Source of the DNA: an uncultured Bacillales bacterium | GTDB taxonomy: Bacteria; Bacillota_I; Bacilli_A; RF39; UBA660 | Assembly (NCBI GenBank): GCA_946412015.1 | Contig: CAMKGA010000002.1 | Location: 6,930 to 70,929 of the forward strand | DNA length: 64,000 nucleotides | Direction of reading: 5' to 3' | In this document: positions 9,158 through 19,155 of the stretch, piece after piece | Layout: the number at the start of each line of letters is the position of its first letter | Numbering within the stretch: position 1 is the first letter of the stretch | Notes under the pieces: model-generated | What the model was told of the DNA's origin: nothing | What the model saw: only the letters and a program-made list of their open reading frames with translations | Database searches by the model: none | Position numbers and translations under genes: made by a program

Positions 9158-9201
9158 GATAAACTTAATATAAAGGTAATATATAAGATAGGAGAGTGTT
9201 T

Positions 9202-10182
9202 ATGAAAAGAAAAAATGGATTTACCTTAATAGAACTAATAGCAGTATTAGTAATTTTAGCAATTTTAGCTTTAATAGTCACACCACTTGTAATGAATATT
9301 ATAAGAAAAGCTAGAATTTCAGCGGATAAAAGAAGTATTGATGCATACGGAAGAAGTGTTGAACTTGCAATAGCTACTTATCTATTGGATAATGGAGATT
9401 TTCCAACAGATATATCACAATTATCTATTGAATACTCAGGAGATAGAGTAGAATGTGAAACAACACAGCTTAATTCAGATTCATCAGTATATCTAACTGG
9501 ATGCACAGTTGGAGGAAGAAATGTAGATTATACATATGGAACAGATAAGACTCCATCAACACCAACATATACAGCGTATAGTGTAGGAGATTCAGTTACA
9601 TATAATAATGTAGATTATTATGTAATTAAAGATTCAGGAACTAATGAATCTATTGTTACGTTATTAAAAGCAGAGCCACTTACAGTAGATGAAGTTAATC
9701 TTTATGGTGTTGGTCATATAAATAACTATAGCACTTATGTATCGCAAGGAACTGCATTTGATGTAAAAGGAGATGGCTCGATAGGTGGAATGGCATATTA
9801 TAGTAGCTCATCTTGTGCATATACAAACGAATCTATTGAAGATGGCTGCATATCAGACTATGAATCGTCAGATATTAAATACGTTGTAGATTCTTGGGCT
9901 AGTGCAAATGGACTTTCAGATGCGCGATTAGTAACATATGATGAGATATACAATAATTCTGAAGAAAAGCTTAGTTGTGCATATAGTTGTTTTAATTCAC
10001 TTGTTGTAAAATATGATTGGTTATATAGTAGTGAATATGCTTATTGGGGAATGACACCATCATCTGCTGCTAAAGTTTACTACGTTCATGGTAGCGGGAG
10101 GTTACAGGATGTACAAATTTACTGGAATGATATCGCTATTCGTCCTGTCATAACTCTAAAGAAAAGTGCATTAGAAAATTAG
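9202..10182 (+). CDS. Prepilin-type N-terminal cleavage/methylation domain protein (type IV pilin/pseudopilin-like) with a large C-terminal domain
   Basis: MKRKNG/FTLIELIAVLVILAILALIV is the class III signal (G-1, F+1, E+5). ATG 9202 follows AGGAGAG. Paralogue of 60962..61894. Confidence 0.85.
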   Translation: MKRKNGFTLIELIAVLVILAILALIVTPLVMNIIRKARISADKRSIDAYGRSVELAIATYLLDNGDFPTDISQLSIEYSGDRVECETTQLNSDSSVYLTGCTVGGRNVDYTYGTDKTPSTPTYTAYSVGDSVTYNNVDYYVIKDSGTNESIVTLLKAEPLTVDEVNLYGVGHINNYSTYVSQGTAFDVKGDGSIGGMAYYSSSSCAYTNESIEDGCISDYESSDIKYVVDSWASANGLSDARLVTYDEIYNNSEEKLSCAYSCFNSLVVKYDWLYSSEYAYWGMTPSSAAKVYYVHGSGRLQDVQIYWNDIAIRPVITLKKSALEN

Positions 10183-10253
10183 TAGATAAGATACTAATTT
10201 TTTATTTGTATTTATTAAATTATATGATATGATTAGCTAAAGGAGAATAATAT

Positions 10254-11237
10254 ATGGAAGATGAAGTAGAATTTGTTGATGGTACTGATATAGAAATAAG
10301 TGAAGAGTTAGAAAAGGAACTAGGTACTTTTTTGGAACCTGGTGAACATGGCAGTAAATATAATTATACTTACGTACCACTTGAATATGTAATTAAGGAA
10401 CCCTACGAATATATTATTCCAGAGTGTATTGATGCATGTAAAGCATTTTGGGATAAAAATATAGAGACATTTATGGTTAGTAATTATGATGATGATGCTT
10501 TGTATGTATTAATTATGAATATATCAAAAGAAAATGAAGATATTGTTAAAAAATTAATGAAAGAAGATCCTAGGTATTTTTATGATGCATATAGAGAGGC
10601 TTATGGAATAAGAGTTAATGGAATGAGTAAAGGAGATTCTTTTGAATTATTAACACTTGTTGATGTATTTAAAATGCAAGATACAACGAGATACCAAAGT
10701 GAAGAAGAATATTTATGTGAATATAAAAAAACTGGTGGAGAGATGTATATTGACGATGAAGGGAGAATATTAACTAAAGAAAATCCATTGCTTAAAGATG
10801 CAACTATTACTGATGCTTTATCTGCTAATAATTGTGATAATTTATATATTAAAGAAGAAGGTAGAATATATGAAAATGAATTATTCTTATCATGGCATTT
10901 AAAGTATTTAAAATATGAGATGAATATAGTAAAAAATTATTTAGTTAGTTTAAGAGAAAATAATATAAATAGCGATATAAGTTATATTAGAGATACTTTT
11001 CTTTCTTCAGAAATGGATTTTTTAAAAGAAATATTAAGTAATTATAAAAATAGAGACTATATTAAAAATTTAAATAAATTTAGTAGTGATGCATTAATTG
11101 ATGCTGCTATAAAATTAATGGATAATATTGATAGTGGAGTTTATAGTAAAGATGAACTTGAAAAAATAGAGAAAGATATTATTTTATATTTATCTGCAAT
11201 TATAGATAAAAAAGATTCTAAATCTAAAATAAAGTGA
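10254..11237 (+). CDS. Hypothetical acidic protein (327 aa)
   Basis: Long ORF with RBS AAAGGAGAATAATAT-ATG. It ends 6 nt before the DUF1848 gene. No motif recognised. Confidence 0.65.
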   Translation: MEDEVEFVDGTDIEISEELEKELGTFLEPGEHGSKYNYTYVPLEYVIKEPYEYIIPECIDACKAFWDKNIETFMVSNYDDDALYVLIMNISKENEDIVKKLMKEDPRYFYDAYREAYGIRVNGMSKGDSFELLTLVDVFKMQDTTRYQSEEEYLCEYKKTGGEMYIDDEGRILTKENPLLKDATITDALSANNCDNLYIKEEGRIYENELFLSWHLKYLKYEMNIVKNYLVSLRENNINSDISYIRDTFLSSEMDFLKEILSNYKNRDYIKNLNKFSSDALIDAAIKLMDNIDSGVYSKDELEKIEKDIILYLSAIIDKKDSKSKIK

Positions 11238-11243
11238 TTTTGT

Positions 11244-12122
11244 ATGATACTTAATGTAAGTGGAAGAACTGATATAGTTGCTTTTTATTCTAAATGGTTT
11301 ATGAATAGATATAAGGAAGGGTTTGTAGATGTTAGAAATCCTTTTAATCCAAAATTAGTTAGTAGGATATATTTTAAAGATGTAGATTTAATAATGTTTT
11401 GTACTAAGAATCCTATACCTATTATTAAACATTTGAAAAATATTAATAAACCAATCTTATTTCATATAACACTCACGCCATATAAAAATGATATTGAGGT
11501 AAATGTTAAGAATAAAGGTTTAATAATTGAAGCAATAAAAAAGGTATCAGAAATTATAGGTATCGATAATGTTGTAGTTAGATATGATCCTATTTTTTTT
11601 AGTGATAAATATAATATTGAATATCATAAAAAAGCGTTTTCTCATATGTGTGAATTATTGGATGGCTATGTTAATAAAATAATTGTATCTTTTATGGATG
11701 AATATAAGAATGTATTAAACAATTATAATATACTTAAATATAGAAATTTCAAAGAAGATGACTATAAAGAGATAGGACTATCTTTTAGTAAGAGTGCAAA
11801 AAAGCATAATATGACAGTACAAACTTGTTACGAGGATAGAAATTTAGAAGAATATGGTTTTGTTAAAGGTGAATGTTTATCTACAACTTTAGCTTATGTT
11901 TTAACTGGAAAAAAATATAACACTTGGAAAGCTAGAAAATGTAGTTGTGCCCAGATGGTTGATATAGGAGTTTATAACACATGTAAACATTTTTGTAAGT
12001 ATTGTTATGCTAATTATGATGAGAAAAAAGTTAATATTAATTATTTGAATCATGATGTTACTTCATCATTACTTATTGGTCAAATTGAAGATTCTGATAT
12101 AATTAAAGTTAGAAATAAATAA
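11244..12122 (+). CDS. DUF1848-family protein (C-terminal radical-SAM-like Cys cluster)
   Basis: N-terminal ILNVSGRTDIVAFYSKWFMNR and the overall length fit DUF1848 as I remember it. The C-terminal CSCAQ...NTCKHFCKYCYAN contains CX3CX2C. Confidence 0.6.
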   Translation: MILNVSGRTDIVAFYSKWFMNRYKEGFVDVRNPFNPKLVSRIYFKDVDLIMFCTKNPIPIIKHLKNINKPILFHITLTPYKNDIEVNVKNKGLIIEAIKKVSEIIGIDNVVVRYDPIFFSDKYNIEYHKKAFSHMCELLDGYVNKIIVSFMDEYKNVLNNYNILKYRNFKEDDYKEIGLSFSKSAKKHNMTVQTCYEDRNLEEYGFVKGECLSTTLAYVLTGKKYNTWKARKCSCAQMVDIGVYNTCKHFCKYCYANYDEKKVNINYLNHDVTSSLLIGQIEDSDIIKVRNK

Positions 12123-12142
12123 ACTAGATATCTAGTTTTTTT
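12122..12142 (+). terminator. Terminator after the DUF1848 gene
   Basis: Palindrome AACTAGAT/ATCTAGTT followed by T7. Confidence 0.7.
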
Positions 12143-12176
12143 AATATTTATTTGTTATTATATAGATGGTGATACT

Positions 12177-15100
12177 ATGACAGATAGTGAAAAGAGAATA
12201 ATTATAGATGCATTTTTAAATAAAGATTATAAAATAATAATTAATTCCTTTAGTTATGAAAGAAGAAAAGAACTATTTCAATTTATAGAACAATTAGGAG
12301 ATGAGATTGAAAATGAATTAGGTACTGTTATACCAGATATAGATTGTGATAATTTTATAGCATCTTTTTTTACCAATGATGAGGCTATAAGTTATTTTTA
12401 TGAAACAGACGATGTAGATATAAAAAGAAATTTAATGTACTGTATAAATGATGATGATTTAAAAATAGAATTAATAAAAAAAAATAAAACTTTAACTTTT
12501 TCTATTTTAAAAACACTTTCTAGCGATGAAAAATTATTAGAAGCTATTCATAACCTAGATGATAATTTTAGAGATGCTTGTTTTTATTCCTTTATAAAAT
12601 ATTTCCGTAGTGACGAAAATAAACTTAAATATGTCGAAGATGCTCAAATAAATGAATTAACTATGTTGGAAGCATTGATAGAATCTTTAAATGATATTGA
12701 TTTAAAGTATTATGCATTTAATAAATATATTAAGAATAATTATCCTAAGTATGAAAAGTATGAGTTGTTTCAATTAATTAATAGTATTGATAATCCAAAA
12801 GTAAAAATATCTAAATTTAATGAATTTGTAGATGATTATATTAATAATAAATTTATAATATATTGCCTAAGAATTACAATAAAAGGAAATCTAGAATCCG
12901 AAATAGATATTCTATACTTAATTTTTCAATTAACAACTAATCTTGCAGATGAATATAAAGTAGATATATTTAATATTTTAGAAAAAATAGAATCTGTAAG
13001 AGAAGTAGATTTTAAACATATTAATAATATAATAAATAATATCAGTGATTTTAGTAAATTAAGTAGTGCATCAAATTACATTTTATCTAAATATATAGAA
13101 TATTATCAAGATAGAATTAATTCTAATCATTTAGTATTATTTGTGGATAAATTTGGGTTAGAGTCTTTAAAATATTTAACTAATAAAAATATAGTTAGTA
13201 TTATTAATATGAATGATGACAATTTTAGTAAATTTTTAAAAATATTTAATGAAAAATTTACTAAGCTAGATAATCAACTTGTAAATACTGTATATAATTC
13301 TTGTATTCAAAGAGAATATAGAATTAAAAATCAAGAGGAGTATAATATATTTAGTTTAATTAAAGATGCTATAGATGAAAAAAATATAAAAGTTTTAAAA
13401 GAATTATTGATTAAAATAGATATATTTAAAATGTTTGATGGAGATATTGATACTATTATAAATAGAATAATTAATAGTGATAATATACAAGAATATTTAG
13501 ATAAAATTAATATTTTATCTAATAGTTATATAAAAAGAAGAAGAGAAGAATATATAGAATCTAGAAAAAAAGATTTTTATAGCGAAGTTAAGTTAGAAAA
13601 AAGATATGAAAAAAATGCAGCACTAAAGTATTATTTGTCAACTATGTCATATGAAGATATTGATTCATTTTTAAAGCTTATTGATAAAATCGATATTAAT
13701 AAAATAGATAGTGATATTAGAGATTTAATTAATGATAAAGATAAACTAATTAGTATTTTAAAATTTAAGATAAATCCTAGAGAAGAAAAATATACTGGGG
13801 ATAAAATAGATATAAAAAGATTTAGTAAAATACTAAATTATTTGTATGAGAATGGTATGATTATACTGCCTGGTAATTTAGAATTAAATTATGAATATTA
13901 TCCAAAAAAAATTGAATATTCTAGATTTTTGCCTGCGTTAATGGATATAAATGTTAATAATTTAGTTAATAATATATTTTCAGATAATAATACTTATCAA
14001 GAATTCTTAAATTATTTATTAAGATATAAAATATTAGGGTACGGTGATACTTTTAATAATATATTTAAATTAAGTGATGTTGATTATGGAAATGATACAT
14101 TTATAGGTTTAATATCATATTTTGATAAAATAAAAGAAAGAATTAATAGTAAAAATGAACTTATGTCTTTAATTGACTGGAGCAATTGCTATAGTTCATT
14201 ATCTTCAATTTATGGAATAGTATTAGGAATTGAAGATTTTGGGCTTATAAAATCAAATCCAGGACCTAATTCTGCAAGTTTAAATAGGCAGGAAAGACTT
14301 GATGAAGCATTGAAAAAGATTGTAGTTATGTATAAAAGAAGCTATGTTAGTGTTCCGACAATTAACCAAGAGGTTAAATTAAAATCTGGTAAAAGTATTC
14401 ATGTTACTCTAGGCGAGGTTACAGATACTAACAATTTAACTTTAGGTGAGAGAACTGGTGCTTGCATGCGTATAGGTGGGGCTGGAAGTACATTACTTGA
14501 TTTTTGTATTGAAAATGAAAATGGATTTCATATTATATTTAGAAATTCTAATAATAATTTTGTTTCTAGAGTGTCTGGATTTAGAAATGGAAATACTGTA
14601 TTTTTAAATCAACTTAGGTTTAGTAAAGATGATAATTATGAAACAGAAGATGTAATCGATGCCTGTTTACTTGTAGCAAAAATGTTAATTACAAAAAGTA
14701 AGGATAGTTCATATCCTATTGATAATGTAGTAATATCTGCAACTCAAGCAATGCTTGGCGTTTCTAAAGAAGAAGATTTAAAGATTGCGAATCCAACTGA
14801 TAATTTAGGCTATTTTTATTCCGATGTTAAAGATAAAGCAGTAGTAATAGCTACAAGAAGTAAAACTTCATCATTTGTACCGATTAATCTTAATCAAGAT
14901 GGTATTCCTAAGTATGATACTGTAAGAGGAAAAGTTAGTAAAATTACTGATAAACTAGAGATTTTACAAATAATAAATAAAACTAGAATTATTAATAATT
15001 TATTAAATGGAGAAGAAATAGATAATATTGAAACTTTACAAGAGGATTATATAAATAATGTATCATATGTAATTAGTGGAGAAGATTTTTATATATTAGT

Positions 15101-15245
15101 TGATAATAATGATAATATAATAGAAGAATTTATTATGGATAAAAGAATTAATAATAATAGGACATTAAATGAGATAAATAGAGTGAAAGAAATTTATTTG
15201 AAGAAAAAAGCTGTTGATACTTATGAAAATGGTTATAATATATAA
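12177..15245 (+). CDS. Large hypothetical protein (1022 aa): helical N-terminal two-thirds plus a more conserved-looking C-terminal domain
   Basis: Uninterrupted 3-kb ORF with an RBS (GGTGATACT-ATG). No signal peptide or TM segment. The C-terminal segment [35 protein letters not shown]...[19 protein letters not shown] is less low-complexity than the rest. Confidence 0.75.
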   Translation: MTDSEKRIIIDAFLNKDYKIIINSFSYERRKELFQFIEQLGDEIENELGTVIPDIDCDNFIASFFTNDEAISYFYETDDVDIKRNLMYCINDDDLKIELIKKNKTLTFSILKTLSSDEKLLEAIHNLDDNFRDACFYSFIKYFRSDENKLKYVEDAQINELTMLEALIESLNDIDLKYYAFNKYIKNNYPKYEKYELFQLINSIDNPKVKISKFNEFVDDYINNKFIIYCLRITIKGNLESEIDILYLIFQLTTNLADEYKVDIFNILEKIESVREVDFKHINNIINNISDFSKLSSASNYILSKYIEYYQDRINSNHLVLFVDKFGLESLKYLTNKNIVSIINMNDDNFSKFLKIFNEKFTKLDNQLVNTVYNSCIQREYRIKNQEEYNIFSLIKDAIDEKNIKVLKELLIKIDIFKMFDGDIDTIINRIINSDNIQEYLDKINILSNSYIKRRREEYIESRKKDFYSEVKLEKRYEKNAALKYYLSTMSYEDIDSFLKLIDKIDINKIDSDIRDLINDKDKLISILKFKINPREEKYTGDKIDIKRFSKILNYLYENGMIILPGNLELNYEYYPKKIEYSRFLPALMDINVNNLVNNIFSDNNTYQEFLNYLLRYKILGYGDTFNNIFKLSDVDYGNDTFIGLISYFDKIKERINSKNELMSLIDWSNCYSSLSSIYGIVLGIEDFGLIKSNPGPNSASLNRQERLDEALKKIVVMYKRSYVSVPTINQEVKLKSGKSIHVTLGEVTDTNNLTLGERTGACMRIGGAGSTLLDFCIENENGFHIIFRNSNNNFVSRVSGFRNGNTVFLNQLRFSKDDNYETEDVIDACLLVAKMLITKSKDSSYPIDNVVISATQAMLGVSKEEDLKIANPTDNLGYFYSDVKDKAVVIATRSKTSSFVPINLNQDGIPKYDTVRGKVSKITDKLEILQIINKTRIINNLLNGEEIDNIETLQEDYINNVSYVISGEDFYILVDNNDNIIEEFIMDKRINNNRTLNEINRVKEIYLKKKAVDTYENGYNI

Positions 15246-15265
15246 TCATTTTTTATTATGATTCA

Positions 15266-15294
15266 TTGCAAAGTAAAAAAAATAATGATATAAT
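15266..15294 (+). promoter_or_regulatory. lysS promoter
   Basis: TTGCAA (15266-15271), 17-nt spacer, TATAAT (15289-15294). It lies inside the N-terminal extension of the track ORF, which argues for the downstream GTG start. Confidence 0.75.
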
Positions 15295-15331
15295 CTATAG
15301 GACAAACAGGTTTATTAGAAAGAGGGATATT

Positions 15332-16816
15332 GTGAGAGAACTATCAGATCAAGAGATTGTAAGAAGAGAAAAAGCAGAAAAAATTAAAGAATTAGGAATT
15401 GATCCTTTTGGTGAAAGATTTGAGCGTACTGATTTTGCAGCTGATATTAAAGAAAAATATCAGGATGTAGATCACGATATGTTTGAGTCTATGGATGATA
15501 CTGCAACAATTGCTGGAAGAATAATGTTTATAAGAAAAATGGGTAAAGCTTCATTTATGTCTATTCAAGATAAGTCTGGTAAAATACAAGTATATATATC
15601 TATTAATGATATTGGAGAAGAATCTTATAATTTATTTAAGACAGCAGATATTGGAGATATAGTTGGTGTACATGGTAAGATTATGAAAACTAGAACAGGT
15701 GAGGTTACTATTAAGTGTTTAAAATATACTCATTTAGTAAAAGCATTAAGACCTCTTCCAGAGAAGTTCCATGGACTTACTGATATAGAAGAAAGATATA
15801 GAAGACGTTATGTAGATTTAATTATGAACGAAGACTCTAAAAAAGTAGCATTTATGCGTCCTAAAATTATTAGATGTATTCAAAACTTTTTAGATAATAA
15901 AGGATTTACTGAAGTAGAAACTCCAATACTTACAAATCTTTTATCAGGAGCTTCAGCACGTCCATTTATTACACACCATAATACACAAGATATTGATATG
16001 TATTTGCGTATCGCCCTAGAGTTAAATTTAAAAAGACTTCTTGTAGGTGGAATGGAATCGGTATATGAAATAGGTAGAACATTTAGAAATGAAGGTATGG
16101 ATCCACAACATAACCCAGAGTTTACAATGATGGAAGTATATCAAGCTTATTCAGATTTAGATGGAATGATGGATTTAACTGAAGAGATGTATCAAGAAAT
16201 TGCAAATAAAGTATGTGGAAAAACAACATTTAATTATTTAGGGCATGACATTGATCTTTCTGGTAAATGGAAAAGAATTAGTATGACTGATGCAATAAAA
16301 GAAAAAACTGGTATAGATTTTAAATCAATAACTAGTGTTGATGAATGTATAAAACTTGCAGAAGAACACAATATTGAATTAGAAGAGCATGAAAAGCAAT
16401 ATGGTCATATTATAAACAAATTTTTTGAGAAGTATGTAGAAGAAACATTAATTGAACCAACATTTTTATATGGTCATCCAATTGAGATTTCTCCTCTTAC
16501 TAAAAAAGATCCAGAAGATCCTAGATTTACACAGAGATTTGAGTTATTTATCTCAGGACACGAATGTGCGAATGCATACACTGAGTTAAATGATCCAATA
16601 GATCAACTTGAAAGATTTGAAGCTCAATTAAAAGAAAGAGATTTAGGAAATGATGAAGCAAATGATATTGATTATGATTTTGTTGAAGCATTAGAGTATG
16701 GAATGCCTCCTGCTGGTGGTATAGGATATGGAATTGATAGATTGATTATGTTATTTACAGAACAATCATCAATACGTGATGTATTATTATTCCCAACAAT
16801 GAAGGGAAGAAAATAA
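15332..16816 (+). CDS. lysS: Lysine--tRNA ligase (class II)
   Basis: [21 protein letters not shown]-fold segment, [23 protein letters not shown] (motif 2) and [15 protein letters not shown] (motif 3). GTG 15332 follows AGAGGGA and is in frame with track ORF 15266. Confidence 0.95.
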   Translation: MRELSDQEIVRREKAEKIKELGIDPFGERFERTDFAADIKEKYQDVDHDMFESMDDTATIAGRIMFIRKMGKASFMSIQDKSGKIQVYISINDIGEESYNLFKTADIGDIVGVHGKIMKTRTGEVTIKCLKYTHLVKALRPLPEKFHGLTDIEERYRRRYVDLIMNEDSKKVAFMRPKIIRCIQNFLDNKGFTEVETPILTNLLSGASARPFITHHNTQDIDMYLRIALELNLKRLLVGGMESVYEIGRTFRNEGMDPQHNPEFTMMEVYQAYSDLDGMMDLTEEMYQEIANKVCGKTTFNYLGHDIDLSGKWKRISMTDAIKEKTGIDFKSITSVDECIKLAEEHNIELEEHEKQYGHIINKFFEKYVEETLIEPTFLYGHPIEISPLTKKDPEDPRFTQRFELFISGHECANAYTELNDPIDQLERFEAQLKERDLGNDEANDIDYDFVEALEYGMPPAGGIGYGIDRLIMLFTEQSSIRDVLLFPTMKGRK

Positions 16817-16817
16817 T

Positions 16818-17351
16818 ATGGTTTTATATGTAGTAAGACATGGGGAAACTGAAAAAAATAAGTATGGATTGATTCAAGGACAAACGGAATGTGATTTAAT
16901 AAAAAAAGGTGTAGAAAAAGCAAAAGAATTGATTCCAATCGTGGAAAGTTTAGATATAGATGTTGTAATATCATCTCCTCTTAAAAGAGCGATTGATACT
17001 GCTAAAATAATTACAGAGGGTAAATTTCCAATCAATATTGACGATAGAATAATTGAAAGAAATTGGGGATTTTGTGAAGGTGAAAATATTGATTCAGTTG
17101 ATACTGTAAAATGTTGGGACTTTTATTTAAATACTGATGCAAATAAAATAGAAAAAGTTCAAGATTTATTAAGTAGAGTGTCTGAATTTATAGAAGATAT
17201 AAAAAATAAATATAGTAATTCTAATGTTTTAGTAGTTGCTCATAGCGCAATATTAAGAGCGATTCATTATTGTCTTCATCCAATTCCTGAAGATGGTGAT
17301 ATGAGTAAACTTGAAATACCGAATTTAAGAATAATTGAATATGAAGTATAG
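16818..17351 (+). CDS. Histidine phosphatase family protein (phosphoglycerate mutase-like)
   Basis: N-terminal LYVVRHGETEKN (RHGE motif), plus SSPLKRA and VVAHSAILRA. Confidence 0.85.
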   Translation: MVLYVVRHGETEKNKYGLIQGQTECDLIKKGVEKAKELIPIVESLDIDVVISSPLKRAIDTAKIITEGKFPINIDDRIIERNWGFCEGENIDSVDTVKCWDFYLNTDANKIEKVQDLLSRVSEFIEDIKNKYSNSNVLVVAHSAILRAIHYCLHPIPEDGDMSKLEIPNLRIIEYEV

Positions 17352-17360
17352 GAGGATTTT

Positions 17361-18536
17361 ATGAAAATATTAGCTGTTAATTGTGGTAGTTCATCATTAA
17401 AATTTCAAATGTATGAAATGCCAGAAGAAAATGTTTTAATATCAGGTGTTTTTGAAAGAATAGGGATAGAAAATAGTTTTTATACAATTAAGATTAATGG
17501 TGAAAAGATAAAAAAAGATGTAATTTTAAATAATCATGAGGATGCTGTTAGAATATTAGTTGATGAACTATTAGAAAGAAAAATTGTTGATAGTTTAGAT
17601 GAAATAAAAGGAATAGGACATAGGGTTGTACAGGGTGCAGATAAATTTGATAAAAGTGTTCTTGTAGATGATAGTGTTTTAAAAACTATAGATGAGTTAT
17701 CAAGTTTAGCACCACTACATAATCCAGCTGCTTTAATTGGTATAAATGCTTTTAAAGAATTTGTTCCAAATGCAAGTCATGTAGTTGTATTTGATACAGC
17801 ATTTCATCAAACAATGGCTAAAGAGACATATCTTTATGCATTACCATATGAATTATATGAAAAATATGGTATAAGAAAATATGGAGCACATGGTACAAGT
17901 CATAAATATGTTACTGAATTTATGAATAATTATTATAAAGAAAATAAGAAGCTTATAGTTTGCCATATTGGAAGTGGAGCATCTATTACAGCAGTTAAAG
18001 ATGGAAAAGTAGTAGATACATCAATGGGATTTACTCCTAATGCTGGAGTTATTATGGGAACACGTACAGGAGATATTGATGCATCAATAATTCCATATCT
18101 TATTAAAAATTTAGATTACAGTGCAGATGATATTGATAAATTAATTAATAAAGAAAGTGGATTTAAAGGTATTACTGGTGGAATATCTGATTCAAGAGAT
18201 ATAGAAGATGGTATTAAAGCTGGTAATGAAAAATGCGAAATTGCACAAAAGATGTTTGTAAGAAGTATAGTTAATTATATTGCTAAATATTATGTATTAT
18301 TAAATGGTGTAGATGCTATATGTTTTACAGCGGGAATAGGAGAAAATTCTATTCTTACGAGACAAAACATAATGGATAGTCTATCTTGCTTGGGTGTTAC
18401 TATTGATAACGATGCAAATTCTAATCGTGGTAAATTTATAAAAGTATCAGGGGATGATTCTAAAATAGATTGCTTTGTAGTCCCAACAGATGAAGAAGTA
18501 ATGATTGCAAGAGATACATTTGAAATTGTAAAATAA
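17361..18536 (+). CDS. ackA: Acetate kinase
   Basis: MKILAVNCGSSSLKFQ, HRVVQG, PLHNPA, VFDTAFHQTM, YGAHGTSH, TAGIGENS. Confidence 0.97.
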   Translation: MKILAVNCGSSSLKFQMYEMPEENVLISGVFERIGIENSFYTIKINGEKIKKDVILNNHEDAVRILVDELLERKIVDSLDEIKGIGHRVVQGADKFDKSVLVDDSVLKTIDELSSLAPLHNPAALIGINAFKEFVPNASHVVVFDTAFHQTMAKETYLYALPYELYEKYGIRKYGAHGTSHKYVTEFMNNYYKENKKLIVCHIGSGASITAVKDGKVVDTSMGFTPNAGVIMGTRTGDIDASIIPYLIKNLDYSADDIDKLINKESGFKGITGGISDSRDIEDGIKAGNEKCEIAQKMFVRSIVNYIAKYYVLLNGVDAICFTAGIGENSILTRQNIMDSLSCLGVTIDNDANSNRGKFIKVSGDDSKIDCFVVPTDEEVMIARDTFEIVK

Positions 18537-18557
18537 GAGTTTTATCTACTCTTTTTT
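18535..18557 (+). terminator. ackA terminator
   Basis: Stem AAGAGT/ACTCTT with a 7-nt loop, then a T-run. Confidence 0.6.
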
Positions 18558-18562
18558 TGAAT

Positions 18563-18591
18563 TTGACAAGCAAACAAAAAAGTGTTAATAT
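18563..18591 (+). promoter_or_regulatory. Promoter for the 18618 ORF
   Basis: TTGACA (18563-18568), 17-nt spacer, TAATAT (18586-18591). Confidence 0.7.
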
Positions 18592-18617
18592 ACAACTCGA
18601 AAAAAGGGGGATATTTT

Positions 18618-19061
18618 ATGAGAAATATTATATTAGAAAAAGAAAATGGTAATGTAATTGATTTACCAAAAACTAAAGAAGTCATTTATGAATTGCATGA
18701 AGGAAGTAGAATAAAACATTTATGTTTTGACTGTGTTAGAGGTTGTGTTAGCAAATGTGCTAAAGTTGCTGATTATCGTAAAAAACCAATTACTGCTTAT
18801 GATTTTATTATAGGCGGTTATCAGATATACGATAATAAAGGTGATGTTCAAGAATTTACCGTAACTGAATGTCAAAATTATAAATACGATGAGCCTAAAT
18901 ATGTGTCTAAAAAAGAAAAAATGGCAGCAAGAAAAGTTATAGGCTTATTCCACATGGCATATTTTGGAGCTAATGACTTAGATGAATTAGAAGAAATAAA
19001 AGATGATTTAGGACTAATTGATAAAATTGAAGAAACTAAAAAAAGAGTTAAAGTTAAGTAA
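18618..19061 (+). CDS. Hypothetical Cys-containing protein (147 aa)
   Basis: ATG 18618 follows AAGGGGGAT. CFDCVRGCVSKC cluster. No family recognised. Confidence 0.6.
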   Translation: MRNIILEKENGNVIDLPKTKEVIYELHEGSRIKHLCFDCVRGCVSKCAKVADYRKKPITAYDFIIGGYQIYDNKGDVQEFTVTECQNYKYDEPKYVSKKEKMAARKVIGLFHMAYFGANDLDELEEIKDDLGLIDKIEETKKRVKVK

Positions 19062-19105
19062 TAAAAGGCCCGTACATTTGTATGGACTTTTTCATTGATA
19101 TAAAT

Positions 19106-19133
19106 TTGACAAAAAAACTTTAAATGATATAAT
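19106..19133 (+). promoter_or_regulatory. Promoter of the RpoD-like sigma gene
   Basis: TTGACA (19106-19111), 16-nt spacer, TATAAT (19128-19133). Confidence 0.7.
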
Positions 19134-19155
19134 ATGCAAGACAAAGGGGGATATT

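Noticed and set aside
15266-15331. N-terminal extensions of the track ORFs for lysS (15266), nrdD (21079), the Crp/Fnr regulator (up to 21177), dpaA (4036), the permease (41955) and others.
   Set aside because: The extensions contain the genes' own promoters (for example TTGCAA-N17-TATAAT at 15266-15294) or run across the divergent intergenic palindrome. Downstream in-frame starts have proper Shine-Dalgarno sequences and give N-termini that match the families.
15246-15331. A T-box or other leader upstream of lysS.
   Set aside because: The distance from the -10 element to the GTG start is only about 40 nt. It contains no T-box motif or terminator hairpin, so it is too short for a riboswitch.
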